The notes under the pieces were generated by a model, which saw nothing but the letters and a program-made list of their open reading frames with translations, did no database searches and was not told where the DNA came from. A program made the translations under genes and the position numbers. A stretch of DNA of 64,000 bases. It comes from Eledone cirrhosa. Lineage: Eukaryota. Location: contig OZ024740.1 of NCBI GenBank assembly GCA_964016885.1, forward strand, positions 162,750,001-162,814,000, read 5' to 3'. Within the stretch, counting starts at the first letter, position 1, and every line of letters starts with the position of its first letter. Below are positions 43,234-57,844 of this stretch, piece by piece.

Positions 43234-43724
43234 TACTTATGTTAATTTGAAATTAACTTTCTTTCTGTTATGCACACACACCTAACCTCACCCACCATGC
43301 CTTTTTCTCTTCAAATTCCTCTGATTTTGATCTATTTACCACATTTTCTCTCGACCAAGTCTTGGAGTAACAATTTTCGAGGGTTTATCTGGATTTCCAG
43401 CCCCACGACATGCATCATAGTCTTGTATCGTAGTCATACATTGTGAACATATACACAAATATACAAACCCTGTGACAGCTCCACGCAAATATACAAACAG
43501 ACACATATACTCCGAGAGAAACATAAAGCATACACACTTACATAAAACACACACATCAGATATCCACACCCTCGATACACATAGACGTGTACAGGGATTC
43601 ACTCTCACATTTACATGCTACGACTGATATACACAAACAACACAATGTGACACGCACACATCAACAAAACAGACACCTGATGCACGAACATATGAACAAA
43701 CTCATTATTAGATCGGCATATATA

Positions 43725-44210
43725 GGGCAGTGGATTGGCAGTATCAGTAGAGGGTCGGACATCATGCTTTGCAGCTTAGAGTTACGGCCCTTGCCATTCT
43801 GAGTTCAAATCCCGCCGAGGTTAACTGTACCTTTCATCCTTACGGGGTCGATAAAATATAGCACCAGTCACGCACTGTGTGTGTGTGTGTGACAGGTCAC
43901 ACTTATGCAGGTTTAGCTGGCCTCCTCCAAGGTATATCTCGTTGGAGGTGTCTTGGGTAATTTTAATGATAGGGATCCCAGTCCAATCATCTCATTTCTA
44001 CAGCTGAGTAAACTGGAGCAACGTGAAATAAAGTGTCTTGCTCAAGGAAACAACACATCACCCAGTTCGAGAATTGAACTCACAACCTTTCGATTGCAAG
44101 CCCAATGCTCTAACCACTAAGCTATGCGCCTTCACCAGTCACGCACTGGTGTCGATTTAATCGACTTTCCCCTCCCCCAAAATTGCTGGCCATGTGCCTA
44201 TATAAGAAAC
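43725..44210 (+). mobile_element. Family A SINE interrupted by a second tRNA-SINE (43878-44132, minus)
   Basis: 16-bp TSD CACCAGTCACGCACTG (43862-43877 / 44133-44148). The inner element has A/B boxes, a TCCTTGAGCAAGACACT core and a (CA)n tail. Confidence 0.85.
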
Positions 44211-44581
44211 CATTATTAGATCGACATATGCATACTAAAAGACATACCTTGAACAGAGGGACCCAGTAATAGGATGTACGTCAACCACAGAGATACTAGC
44301 ACCAATGAGAGACACGGATGCTCTGCCACCACTACTGTATACACATCTTCATACTGGAATGCATACACCGTCCCACCCCTATCCACGTCACCTCATGATC
44401 ATTTTCTCCGTTTTTCCTAAACTCTTTTCTCTTCTAACTGCACTTTCATTTCTCATCTGATGAAGGACCAACGTCCAAGACCTTGGAGACGCTTCTTTTT
44501 CCATTTCATATAAGCGTGAACCTAATAACACAGTTCGTAATTGCACTCCGTGCTTGTTTGCACTGGTTTTCATTGTTGACC

Positions 44582-44700
<119 letters not shown>

Positions 44701-44736
44701 CACGTGCGTGCGCGTCTGTGTGTGTATGTATATGCA

Positions 44737-44772
<36 letters not shown>

Positions 44773-46505
44773 CGTGTGTGCGTGCGCGCCTGTGTGTGCG
44801 TGTGTTTATTAATGCGACTTTTATCTGAACATTTTTTTTTATAGAGGAAATAATTTTGTAGAGTTTTTTTTTTTTTTTTCAGAATGGGTGATTGGGGTTA
44901 GTTGTTATTAACTAGCGAAAGGACATTGATTTAATTGTTGAAAGTAGAATAATTGGATTGTTTTGTTTGAAGATCTCAATCGCAAAACAAGAAATCGAGG
45001 CACTTCATTGTAAACATCTATTAAATGAATACGAGAAGTTGTTGTTGATAATGATGATGATGATGATGTTGTTTATAGTGTTGTTTGTATTGTTGATGTT
45101 TCTGGTGTTGTCGACGTCGTTACTGTTGTCGAATTATTGATCACCTTTTTAATTTTCTTCCTTGAAAAATAATCTGATTGATAGATGATCTCAGAATTAC
45201 AATCAGTGAGAAGTCAATATTTGTAAGAAAGGGGTTGGATTGGCAGTATCGGTAGAAGGTCGGACGCCATGCTTTGACGCATAGAGTTACGGCCCTTGCC
45301 ATTCTGTGTTCAAATCCCGCCGAGGTTAACTTTGCCTTTCATCCTAACGGGGTCAATAAAATAAAGTACAGTAATGCACTGGGTAATTGCTGGCCTTGTG
45401 CCAAAAAGTAGAAACAATTATTATTAATATTTTCCTTGGAAGGGTGGTGAATTGACAAACTTTGCCTTTCATCCTTGTGGAGTCGATAAAATAAAGTGCC
45501 AGTAATGTACTGGGTAATTGCTGGCCTTGTGCCAAAAGTAGAAACAATTATTATTTTCCTTGGATATCTGTATATTCACATACATCCCACTGGATTTCAA
45601 CCAGGGGCCTCGGGTGGGTGATGGTTTGTTATGACACATTTTTCCTGATAAATAAATAACTGATTGTTACGAAATATATAATGGATAAAGTGTACTCTTG
45701 TCCATGGATATAACATTACACTAACAATGCTCTTCACAAAATGTGAACAGTACTACTAAGTAAGATTATTTGAATTTGTTTTTTATACAAGGTTTACCTG
45801 GCATGTGATCCAGTAGTTTGTTAGTTTCTTCTTTATCAGGCCCAGAGCTCCAATTACAACTAGAATAGTGGAGGCTTTTATACCTCACATTTTTTTCCAA
45901 TCTCTATTTCAAGATCCTTGTACTTTGAGATCTTTTCAAATATCTTGAAAGACCCATTGCAATCAGCAGGTACTGACATGTCTATCATGAAGCACATTTT
46001 GTTGTTTTTATCTTTTATTATAGTCTGTCCGCTTTGATTGACCTGTCACTGTGTATAGAAAAATCGTACAGCATTATTACATTACTGAGTTTGGATGATG
46101 TTGAGACCAGTTTTTTGTTATATCTTTTCCATAGGACTTACATATTTTCTAGTGGATGTACTGCACCACTCCGTTGTGTCTGTTTTGTATTCACACGATG
46201 CTAAGGAGGTGCATGCGGATATTAGCTGATCCACTGTTTCAGTATTTCAATTACAGAACCGGAATTTGCTGTCATTATGTCTGCCCAATATGGTTGCCTA
46301 ATATTTTTTTTTTGTGCAGCTAGTATGAAACCTTCGATTTCGTTTTTCAGTCATGAACTCTGCAACCACTGATGGGTTTGGGTTTTGATTACATTAGCTT
46401 GCCTGATTCAAGTACTGGCCACGTAGGGGCGTATTTTGCCATTTTTCTTTCAACTCGCAACTTTACGATTGCGAATCCAATTCTCTAACCACTCAGCCAC
46501 GCGCC

Positions 46506-46573
<68 letters not shown>

Positions 46574-46615
46574 GATGGCTGCGCGTTGCAAATGGTGGTG
46601 CATATGAAAAAGTAA

Positions 46616-46717
46616 GTCCTTCATCAGTGACCCTCCAACCGTCCCAGGCATTTCATCGCTTTAAGGGCCATATGCCTCAGGTTGGTGCGAACAACGGCTA
46701 AAAAAAGTCGTTGGGAC
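46616..46717 (-). ncRNA. Non-circularly permuted hammerhead-like motif, copy 4
   Basis: AGGCA-TA-TGGCCCT ... GAAA-TGCCT ... AGGGTCA-CTGATGA. Confidence 0.72.
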
Positions 46718-47057
46718 ACGTAAATAAAGGGGACGTTAGGGTAACAAACAAAATGGTTTAAGCAACGGAAAGTGAGAAGAAATAGACAAGTCCCAGATCT
46801 CTATGAATATAAACTCGGTGAAATCGTGAACAAGAGACAAAAGACCATCAAACCTGGTTGAAATGTGAGCAAGGAAGGAATTTCGCACAGGTCTGACGGG
46901 GGGGGGGGGGGGGAGAGAAAAGGAAGAAGAAGAAGAAGAAGAAGAAGAAGAAGAAGAAGAAGAAGAAGAAGAAGAAGAAGGGGTCTGGTCTACGAATTCG
47001 GTAAACATAAGTTTTGTGAAGTCGCAGACGAAAGAGAGAGAGAAAAAAATTCCATAC

Positions 47058-47128
<71 letters not shown>

Positions 47129-47217
47129 CAATCAATTCATTCTAAAACATTTCTGCAACATCCTATAAAATATGTATATTTGGTGGACAGCTTATATCCT
47201 TATATGGACAAGCCAGA

Positions 47218-47305
47218 CACCTGATGATATGGTCAGTTAACTGTGAGCCGTTTTGGCAATCAGTCTGGAACTAGCTCTTGAAACGGCAAGAGCTCAGCCG
47301 TTGTG
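47218..47305 (+). ncRNA. Candidate hammerhead; stem III like that of the 1.5/3.1-kb HHR but with canonical C3-G8 core
   Basis: CAC-CTGATGA-52 nt-GAAA-CGGC(AAGAGCTCA)GCCG-TT-GTG. Stem II pairing is poor. Confidence 0.55.
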
Positions 47306-47377
47306 CCCTGAATCTTTGTAATATAGTCATACTCTACTTTCCCAAGTAATGAACTAAATAGTTTGATCTGTTTCTAC

Positions 47378-47445
<68 letters not shown>

Positions 47446-47737
47446 GAACGATCGACTTTCGTCAAATCGGACCGAGGGAACAATGTTTCCGTTGGTCTTT
47501 CCAATTGCTAATACTATCTATCGGTCGCAACTCCAGGCAAAAGGAGCAACGCGAAATAAAGTGTCTTGCCCAAGGACATAACGCATATATAATGATGGTG
47601 ATGATTTCTTTCAAATGAAACATTTCTAGTCCTGTAAAAGCCATTTTTTTAAAATTAAATCTGATGTTTACACTCTACTAATGTATTGAGTGCCTTACTT
47701 ACTGTGGTTACCCCCCGATTGAACGCAGGACTTACTC

Positions 47738-47784
<47 letters not shown>

Positions 47785-48593
47785 AAAAAATTGAACGGGA
47801 ACAAAACAGAGAGGCAGTACGAACAAAGGTTTATTAGTTTCACGCTCTTGAGAGTGGGGTGGTGGTGGGGAACGACGTTTCCGGCATAAGCCCTTCTTCA
47901 GGTGAAAAGTGTGTGGGAAGAGAGTTCCAAGGGTGTGTAGGGGAGTGGTGGAGAGACATATAGAAAAAAGGGGGTGAGAGGAAACGGTACAAATGAAATT
48001 AAATATAAAAGCATAATAAAAATAAAAATAAACAGGTGGTGGAAGGGTGTGGGGCGTGTAGGGGTGGCGGCGGGTGGAGTGGGGAGAGGGAGGCGGGTGT
48101 CCGAGCGGGGAGGGCTGAAGGTGGTGTGTGTGTGTAGGTGTACGTGTGTGTATGTGTGTGTGTGTATGTGAAAGTAAGAGTTGGGGGAAGAACGGGGTTG
48201 CATGTTCAGGAAGAGGTGTGTGTGGGGTGGGGTGTAGGTCGGTGTGTGTGTGCGTGTTTGGATGGGGAGGGGTCAGAGGGGTGGGGGGAAAGGATTCCGG
48301 AGGCTGAGTGTGTAAATATGTGGTGGTACGCACGTGTGTGTGTGGTGTTTATGCGTGTTGTGGATGTAGGTGGCGTGTGGGAAAAATTTTTTTTTGAGTG
48401 TATGTCAGTGGGTGAGTCCTTAAGGTAGTTCCGTAGAGGATGTGGTGGAATGCTGGCTAATATCCTTGGGATGTGGTGGATTCTAGGGATCGATGTTCAA
48501 TATGTGCAATCCGTGGTTGGGTTGGTCGGAAGAGGGGAGATGTGGGGTGCGCGCGCAACAGGAAGTGGTCAGAGGGTCAAGGCAGGAGGAGGG

Positions 48594-48666
<73 letters not shown>

Positions 48667-48914
48667 AAAAACCACAGACCCTCCATCTTAACTCTACTTT
48701 TGAAAAGCAGAAGAACTGCGAAACCGGTAAAGGAACCAAATAAATATATATATATTTTTTTTAAATAAGACCCCAGTTGCATTTTCGATTTCATCTTTTT
48801 TCCTTTTATATATATATATATATATATATTGTTATACTTTGGGAGGGTCATGTTGCCAATAAGAAACACACGCACCAGTTGCTTTCACTTCAATTTATTA
48901 TATATTCAGAAACG

Positions 48915-49133
<219 letters not shown>

Positions 49134-49298
49134 GAATTGGCAGTATCGGTAGAGCATAGTTACGTCCCTTTACGGTCTGAGTTCAAATCCCGCCAAGGTT
49201 AACTTTGCCTTTCATCCTTGCGGGGTCCTTAAAATAAAGTACCAGTAATGTACTGGATAATTGCTGGCCTTGTGCCTAAAGTAGAAACAATTATATAT

Positions 49299-49332
<34 letters not shown>

Positions 49333-50135
49333 ACGAAGGAAATGTGGTAAGGAACCAGATGGACCATAACGCACCAAAGTACTCAATACTTAGGGTAGTA
49401 GAGTGGGTAATAGGAACGAGTGGGACGCCGACGGCTGAGCTCAAGCCGTTTCGACTGCTAATTCTGGAATTAGCCGTCGAAACGGCTTGAGCTCAGCCGT
49501 CGGGGTCCCACTCGTTCCTATATATATATATATATAATATATATATATATTATATATGTGTGTGTGTGTGTGTGTGTTATTTTCGTATAATCCAATTTTG
49601 TATAGTTTTTTTCTGTATCATATTTCCTATTTCAATGTTCTTAGTAAAATCACAATGCGTCAAGCATACTTTTCGTGGTTCTGGCAAACAAAATAGAGAA
49701 TGCGGTGCCCTGAAGAATTCCAAGGGATATATGCTGCAAAAGCTATTCCACTACGAGGGGTGTGTGGGTCACTCTCAGCCAATTATTCTAATCCTGTGTG
49801 TATTTACACAACACAATTTTGTTTTCCTGGCGATACATCCTATACAAACCTTTCGCCTAAAATATTATAGTATCATCTATATGTGAGTGTTCCAAAGATA
49901 TATATCAATAACCAACATCGAAGATTACCTGAAGAGGAGTGGGTCTACATGATGCATTGGAAGATTGGAGCATGTTGCCCTTTAAAGGTTTCTTCTTTTT
50001 TTTGTCACGTATACTGTCATTATTATATAAATCATTTTGCTATAATTTTGTAACATAATGATGTCCAACTCTGTTAAATTAAACCATTTCACTCTTTCTC
50101 TCTCTCTCTCTCTATCTATCTATCCCTCTCTCTTA

Positions 50136-50252
<117 letters not shown>

Positions 50253-52033
50253 GCACACACAAACACACATACGCTTTGTCTCGATCAAGGTTTGGGTGTA
50301 CTAGGCGATTCCTGGAATGAACAACCAATGAAAACGTAATATATACAGTACTTATTATTTACTTGCGTGGGTCTGTTTATTTATGATGGGCGATATCTCA
50401 ATGTCTACTGCTAGAAAATATTGCCCATTCCTTGCTCTAAGAGGTCACTATATATGCTAGAAATAGTAGTCATGGTTCTGTTAAATCGCTTCCTACCTTC
50501 TTAGATGAGGAAAGGACACATTGAATAATGTGGTTCTACATACTTCTAAAACAATAGCGACTGGAATGCTTTTGACATATTGAGTAATGTACTTCTAGGT
50601 ACACTGAATAAACGATGGGATGGTTATAACTTGAACATATATACTCATATGTCTGCTTAACTGGAGCTGACCTAACAATAAATAAAAGTAATAGCAACAC
50701 TGAAAAAATTCTCTCTGCTCGTTGATCGATTTAACCACCATCATAACGATTACTAGCTTAGTGAAAGAAATAACTTTTTTATTTTTATCTTTTAATTTGC
50801 TCTTTCGTGTTCTGGCGTAAAAAAATATTCATATATTTTGGAATAGATAAAAGGGTATCAAGATTTTACCTAAAAATGCGAAGTAAGCAAAGCCAAGCGC
50901 CATATTTGAACCATATACAATCAGATAACTATTGACCGCAACAGATAAGTTTTATTTTTTTTAATTATTTTGCCAATATGTTTATTATAGTTCTGGCGTA
51001 AATTTTCACTATCTTAGGAGAAAGAAATACTTTAGTTTTTAATTTTTAATTTGCACTTTTATATTCTGACGTGATAAATTTCATATTTTCTGGAGTAAAT
51101 TTTCTAAGATCGTGTGTGTGCGTGTGTGTATAAACTAGTATAAAATCCAGAATCCGGAGAGACTGGTGATGAAAACTATAAGGTTTTATGTATATATTTT
51201 TACATGTCCATCAAATAATGTAAGTATCCCTCGTTTAAGGTTTAACTGTTTCTATGGTCGACCTTATGATGGTTGACTAGCATTTCACCCGGTTTCCCCG
51301 TATTAATTTTCCTTAATTCGAATAACAGGTCTATAGCGATTGGACAGTTTTTTTTTGGCTATAGAAACATTTCCTTTATTCCCGGGAAACCATGACTGAT
51401 TCCATTACGACGCCTGTCAACAGTTGCTATTTTTGCTATTTCTTTAGTTGTTTTCTTCTTTTTTTTTCTCTCTCCCCTTTCTGTAGTTTTTATGCCAGCC
51501 TAGTATTTCTCTTCTCCTATGTCTTTCAACGCTGACAATAAGTGAGAAGTACAAATGTAGGAGTGGGAATGTAAAGTAATTTCTCCATCAACTTAAAATG
51601 TCATTTCACCTTAAGTGGGTAGCATTATCATTAGACTGTGTCGTTCAGTCATTGTAAACATACCCTTTCAAAGAAACGTACTTTTTGATATATTGAGCCA
51701 CCTTTTGACTTTATTGTATTTTAACGATATTTTCCTTCTAGGAAGCTAACTGTCCATGGTCACTATAAAATATTTTATTTGGGATGTAAAATAGTGGCGT
51801 CAGTTGCATTATAAAAATACGTCGATTAAGAATTTAAAAAAAAAATACGATTTAAGAATTACACCATGAAACTATAAGGGATAAGTTTCATTCCCTAGAT
51901 GTACAGACAATAGGTAAAAATACGTACGACAACTGGTAAATGTTATTGACCTCATTAGAATAGTTTCTTTTCTCTTACATTGGGTTCGTTATTTATTTAT
52001 TTATTTATTTATTTATTCATTTATTTATTAATA

Positions 52034-53107
52034 GGCTACGTAGCCGGTCCCGGCAAAATAAACAAACATGCTTTTTAAGCTTATTTTACCGGTAAAGGGA
52101 CGCAACTCTAGCCGGGGATCCCGGAAGCTTATTTTACTGCTAAATAATTGTTTCTACTTTAGGCACAAGGCCAGCAATTAACCAGTGCATTACTGGTACT
52201 TTATTTTATCGACCTCGTAAGGATGAAAGACAAAGTCAACCTCGGCGGGATTTGAACTCAGATCGTAAAGGGACGTAACTATGCTGGAAAGCATGGCGTC
52301 CGACCCTCTACCGATACTGCCAATCCACCGCCCTCCTTTTACTGCTAAATAATAAAGTGTTTTAAAATCCGGGTAGTGACTACTAGCTTTAAGCCAGGTC
52401 GTGACTTTCTGCTAAAATTCTTAATTTCGAAAATATTTGACTTCTATATATAAATTTCTGCGATTCTGTCGCAACATATAAAGAAAGAGGAGTAGTTTGA
52501 TTACCTCATACTACTCTCTCTTTACGTCTGCTGCCTGCGTGAATGTATGTGTGTGTAAAAGGAAGGAAGGGGATGGTGAAAAAATATGCTGTGTGAGAGT
52601 GTGTGTGTTTGTGTAAATGTATGTGTGTGTGTTTGCGTGAATATATGTGTGGGTTTGTGTGAACGTATGTGTGAGTTTGTGTGAATGTATATCTGTGAGT
52701 GTGTATTTTTGTAAGAGTGTCTGTGTTTGTGTGTTTATATTTATATACTCATACATATAAATGTATGCACATGCACACACATACGAGTCAGCGTATGTAA
52801 AAAAATTCTAGTTGTGCTAAATTCTTAATTTCGAAAATATTTAACTCTGCTAACATTCTTAATCCATGAAAGTCAGTAGACGTATGTGTATGTAACTAAA
52901 GTATAATGTACGTTACGAATGGACGAAACACAAGCAGAATTATAAGATGATGACTAAATGATTTTCCTGTTTTTTATCAATTGATGGTGGAAAAGATTTC
53001 AAATTGTTTTAACAATTGTCTTAACTCGAGCTGCAACTCATGGTGCCTGACATTCTTTCCGGCTAAATAGCCTGGTAGTCTGTTTTACCTGGACCGGCTA
53101 CATAGCC
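52034..53107. mobile_element. Non-autonomous DNA transposon with ~30-bp imperfect TIRs, containing a SINE
   Basis: GGCTACGTAGCCGGTCCCGGCAAAATAAAC versus the reverse complement of 53078-53107. No clear TSD. Confidence 0.6.
52146..52333 (-). mobile_element. Young family A SINE
   Basis: 17-bp TSD TTTTACTGCTAAATAAT (52132-52148 / 52337-52353). Confidence 0.9.
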
Positions 53108-53997
53108 ACTTCCTTTTTTTTTTTTTTTGTCAATATGAATTAATTTTACTTAACAAATTTCAATTTAGAAAAAAAAATTTAATAATGAAAGAGAAAGAAG
53201 AGGAAACAGCAGACTGTAAACCCTATCTATGCGATATATTTCAACTGCACCCCGTTGACAAAATGCGGAAGGCATTGTTGCAGAGAACAGCCAGCGACGC
53301 CCGCTGCACCAACCTCACGAGACTCCTTCCCCAGGCGAGATGCACTCTTCTTAATTTTGCAGAAGAAAATTTAGGCGGCAGCCAGTACGAAAAGGAAGTG
53401 GTCAGTTAAGTCCCAGTGTTTCGTTATCTTCTGCTCCTCCACCTGACAAGTGACAGTGTCCGGGTTTGTGGTCGAAGCAACATGGCTGGAGGCAGAGAAC
53501 GTGTTCCAGCACGTAGCTAAGTTAAAATGCCTGCAACACAGAGTAGCGAAAGATGATTAAATACCAGTCATTATCGTATAAGTTCAATTCACGCCGGTCG
53601 CTGTTGAGACATACCGGACTGCTGCGTTCCTCCACTAAATCGGGATGAGAGCATCTCACCTAAGAAATGAGCCCCATGGAGTGGAATGGCTGACTGATGC
53701 AGCAAAGGCTACTGGTTGTTTTTCGTAGTATCATCTTGTCCGCGTGGTGTAGCTGAGATATACTGTTCAAGAGAGGGTGTAGGGCTTGCCATTTTTGTTT
53801 GCTTTTTGTTTGTTTTATTTTCTTCTGGTTTATTTATTTTTTTCTTTCGATTTTGTTTTTGCGGCTTAAATTGTAAAAACGTAAGAGATGTTTGCATTTT
53901 ATTTGATAAAAAATAAATAAAGTTATTGAAGTATCAACCCAATATTCAAGTTCAAATTTTCTGTTCGCTGAATTAATTTCTTTTGATATTTATTTAA

Positions 53998-54218
53998 CCC
54001 TTTTGCATTTAACCTGGCAATATCCGGCTAGAATTCTCTCACCTCTTTCTATTCAAACCGGCCGTAATTGGCCACTTATATTGATGTTAAGGTATCGTTC
54101 TCAAAACAAATAACTTCAAAATTTCATAGATTCGATATTATGTGAGATACTTATGTGAGATAAAGCCTTTACTACGAAAATACAATAGTATATATAGAAT
54201 AATGTAAATGCTAAAGGG
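53998..54218. mobile_element. piggyBac-type MITE
   Basis: TTAA-CCCTTTTGCATTTA ... TAAATGCTAAAGGG-TTAA. Confidence 0.8.
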
Positions 54219-56206
54219 TTAAGTAAGGCAATCGTGCATGTTTTAATAAATTAAGTGTCAAAAATAGATACAATACCTTCCAAAAATATTATCCACAGTA
54301 GATTTTTTGTGTATGTAAAGACGGAAGATTCGTTCTTTCTTATCTATTCAATTACGATACTAATCTAAATACTCTCTCTTGTGAATCTTTCAGTGCTTTG
54401 AAGAGATTTATATCATTTTCTCACAGAAATGGAAGATATTGAAATGATGCCAGAATATCACCAACCAGATTTACCTGTAGAGGATTAGTCACTAACGATT
54501 GTTTTAACATACAGCCTTAAAAGTAAATAAAGTTCTCTAGCGACGGATCAGGAATGGGTATACTGACAGTTTGAGATTATCCCCCCCCCCCTTCCCACCA
54601 GTATCAAAAATCTTGAGAAGAGTCATGAGCGCTGCCTTTCTCTATTACAGCTTACCTGAGAACACGAAGCGGGGTATTCAACAATGTATTGTAAAACTGC
54701 AGTATTGAATCTAAACATAATAATTTATATCAATTTCACGACTCTTACATATATATTGATTAACTATTACGTATATTCATTAAACACTTGGTATTATTCT
54801 AGTTAAACTTTTCGCCACTCTTATATGTATCAAGAAATACTGAAAGGACGCACCACTTTCCTCTTGAAAGGGAACTTGAAAAAATCAATGAGAAGTTAGC
54901 AGAAGAGGAATGTATCTGCACTCTGTTCTTCCAATCGTGTTTTCTATGCAGCCCCTTTCATCATACACACCAGAAAAAGGGGAAACTGTCTGTCCTTCTA
55001 GCAAAAGAAAGGTGACGGGCGAATTTCACGAAAGCCGGATCTGTTAACAGAACAAAACTTCGACAAAACTCCATACTTCAGCAAAGCTCGAATACTGTTT
55101 GGGCATTGGAAAACTGTTTCGTCACTTTGTGCTCATCTCGAACAGGCCTGACTGACGACACTTAGAACTGGTAATGAGACTCTCCTTAGTTACACAGCCA
55201 GCACAGGGATATCTGGAAATGTTTGCACTGACGTTTTCTTAACAAACCAGCAAGAACATTATCGCTCTTTCTTACCACTAATCCTCTACAGGAAGTTAAC
55301 ATGGAAATTCTACTAGTAACATTATGAGACTAATGTTCAAATGTTGTGTGCAAATAATTAGTCAAAACCAGGAATTTCACCTTTAACCTATAACAATAAT
55401 GAAAATAGCATTGGAAGCAACGTCGATGAAAACAACAACGATTGACGGTAACTGACTTTGACTTAGCAGCTAAATCACTCTCAAATCACACCCATCCGTC
55501 TAAAAAAGAAACATAACTAACACATTAAATATTGTAATCAATAGTTCCCTAAAGAAAGGGAATGATCACATGATGTGCTTTTGATCATTGGTATACTCTA
55601 CCAAAGTTGACCTCAGAATATACAACATGCCATTGAAATTATGAGCGTCTTATGGTCAACTGATCTGTCAAAAGATATTTACAAAACAACGAAAAAAAAA
55701 GACATTGACAAAACAGAAGCAATTTTGATAGTTAAAGAATAATTAAGGTAATTATTGAAATATTACAGAATGACAGCTTCTGTTTACTTCTTGTGATTTG
55801 TGTGGGAGAGAGATTCAAAGTCACAGTATTATTAAATTATATAGATGTTTCAACACTTTTTTTTCATAACGTGGCCTATGTTCAAGACGTTGATAATAAT
55901 ATAATACTTTGGGATTCACGTGTCCATGTATATTTTTATATAACATTGCACATATGAAGAAAACGCATTACTATAGTTTTAGACATTTACTGGAAAAAAA
56001 TTTCCTCCACATTATCTTAAAGACCAACTTGGTATCAATTATTTTCTTAACACATTTCGATATTTACTATATACACACACACACTTAAAATCTCTAAAAT
56101 CTACCATGCGTCCTGGAGGCCGAAGGTTGTATATTATTTGTTTTCAAATTTTTTTTTTAATTTTTGGTTGTCAAAATTAGGGTGCGTCCTTGAGGACGAA
56201 GCGTCG

Positions 56207-56260
<54 letters not shown>

Positions 56261-57680
56261 CGACGCTTCGTCCTCAGGGATATATATATATATATATAAA
56301 AGTATATATAAACCCATAGAGAAAATATTTATTATTAGTACAGATTAAATTTTAAGCAAAGAATTTCTGCTTTCACCCTATTACAGGATCTTCTGAAACT
56401 GAGAAAAATCAATCTATAGACGCAGAAGTAAATATTTCAAAAAATATTTTTGGCGTTGGGTACGTATTCATTTTTTAGACTTTAGTGCCTCATTATATAT
56501 TAGATCGACATATAGGGCGGTGGATTGGCAGTAACGGTAGAAGGTCGGACACCATGCTTTGACGCATAGAGTTACGGCCCTTGCCATTCTGATTTCAAAT
56601 CCCGCCGAGGTTAACTTTGCCTTTCATCCTTATGGGGTCGATAAAATAAAGTACCAGTAATGCACTGGGATAATTGCTGGCCTTGTGCCAAAAGTAGAAA
56701 CAATTTTTTTATATATTGGTGTTGTTTGGGCGAATATTGTTTTGTTGGATAATATAGTAAAGGTTTTCCTGCTAAGATATTTATTATTGCCGGTGTATTG
56801 GGGGTTTCTTTTTTTATTCAAGTTTCACCAACTGCGGAACAGAATGCACGATAATTCCAACATGGAAAGAACAACAAAACAAAGTAACCAACAAATTATT
56901 AACCTGTGGAATAAGAATGTCAGTATAGTGATACCAAAGTCTCAACAATCTATGAAAAACATATTTAGTGACATCAGATATAAAATATCAATTTATGAAG
57001 TAGACAGAATAGCAAAACGAATTATCGTCATATAAAAAATACAAAAATATAGTAAATTATGTGATTTTCACATTCATGAAGAAAACATTACAGTCCGGGA
57101 CACATGTCAGGTTAATATATTTCGTCATCTGGGTTTACGCGTGGCAGGATTATGGCGCACTCATGTCGGGTTCTACGCATGCGCATTCGCGTCGGGTCAC
57201 GCAGCGTCTTGTGCACTCCCGCCGGTTGCTTTTCTTGCACATGCCACTAGAATTGGAGATAAGCACCGATTTTTACTTTGCTTTGCCTTGATGGAGCTGT
57301 AGGATGGCTGTCGTATCATATATTTTAAACCCGGTGAAATCTCGTACACCTTCAGATCTCACTGCAATTCATTTCTCCAGAGAGAGAAACTAGAAGTAGT
57401 ATCGATCACTAATTTATCAAACCCGAAAGAAGGAAAGACAAAGTTGACTTTGGAGTTCTAACGATTCAACAAACCTACCACTGTTGTTATTTAGCCTCAT
57501 GCCAGTGCTGATTTAACAAACCTAGGTTCAAAGGCATTCCCACCGCGACCATCCAGTTTAGTTTTCTTCTTGTTCGGTCATAGTGTTTCTAAGATAATTT
57601 AGTCGGCGTGTTCTTCTGTGTATCGATGAAGAATGTAATTTGATGAAGATTTGTTTGTAATTTCTAGCAAATCTGCCGAC

Positions 57681-57844
57681 CAGTGCCGGATTTACCATTC
57701 TGCTTAGGTGTGCTTAATCACAGGGCCCCGTTGGCCAGGGAAGGGGGCATCTTACACTCAACAAAATTTGTTACCTACTTCAGGGCCCAAGTGGCCTCAT
57801 AACTTAACTAGCACAGGGCCTCATTTGTCATAAATTTGGCACTG
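57681..57844. mobile_element. MITE with CAGTGCC termini (hAT-like)
   Basis: CAGTGCCGGATTTA / TAAATTTGGCACTG; no TSD seen. Confidence 0.55.

Noticed and set aside
46616-46717. SECIS, twister or type II HHR readings of the 102-nt motif
   Set aside because: There is no SECIS helix II or apical AA, no twister P1/P2 arrangement, and no NUH between GAAA and CTGATGA. The permuted HHR explains the covariation better.
53185-53800. GC-richer segment and 74-aa ORF
   Set aside because: Possibly a decayed LINE fragment, but no motif could be identified confidently.
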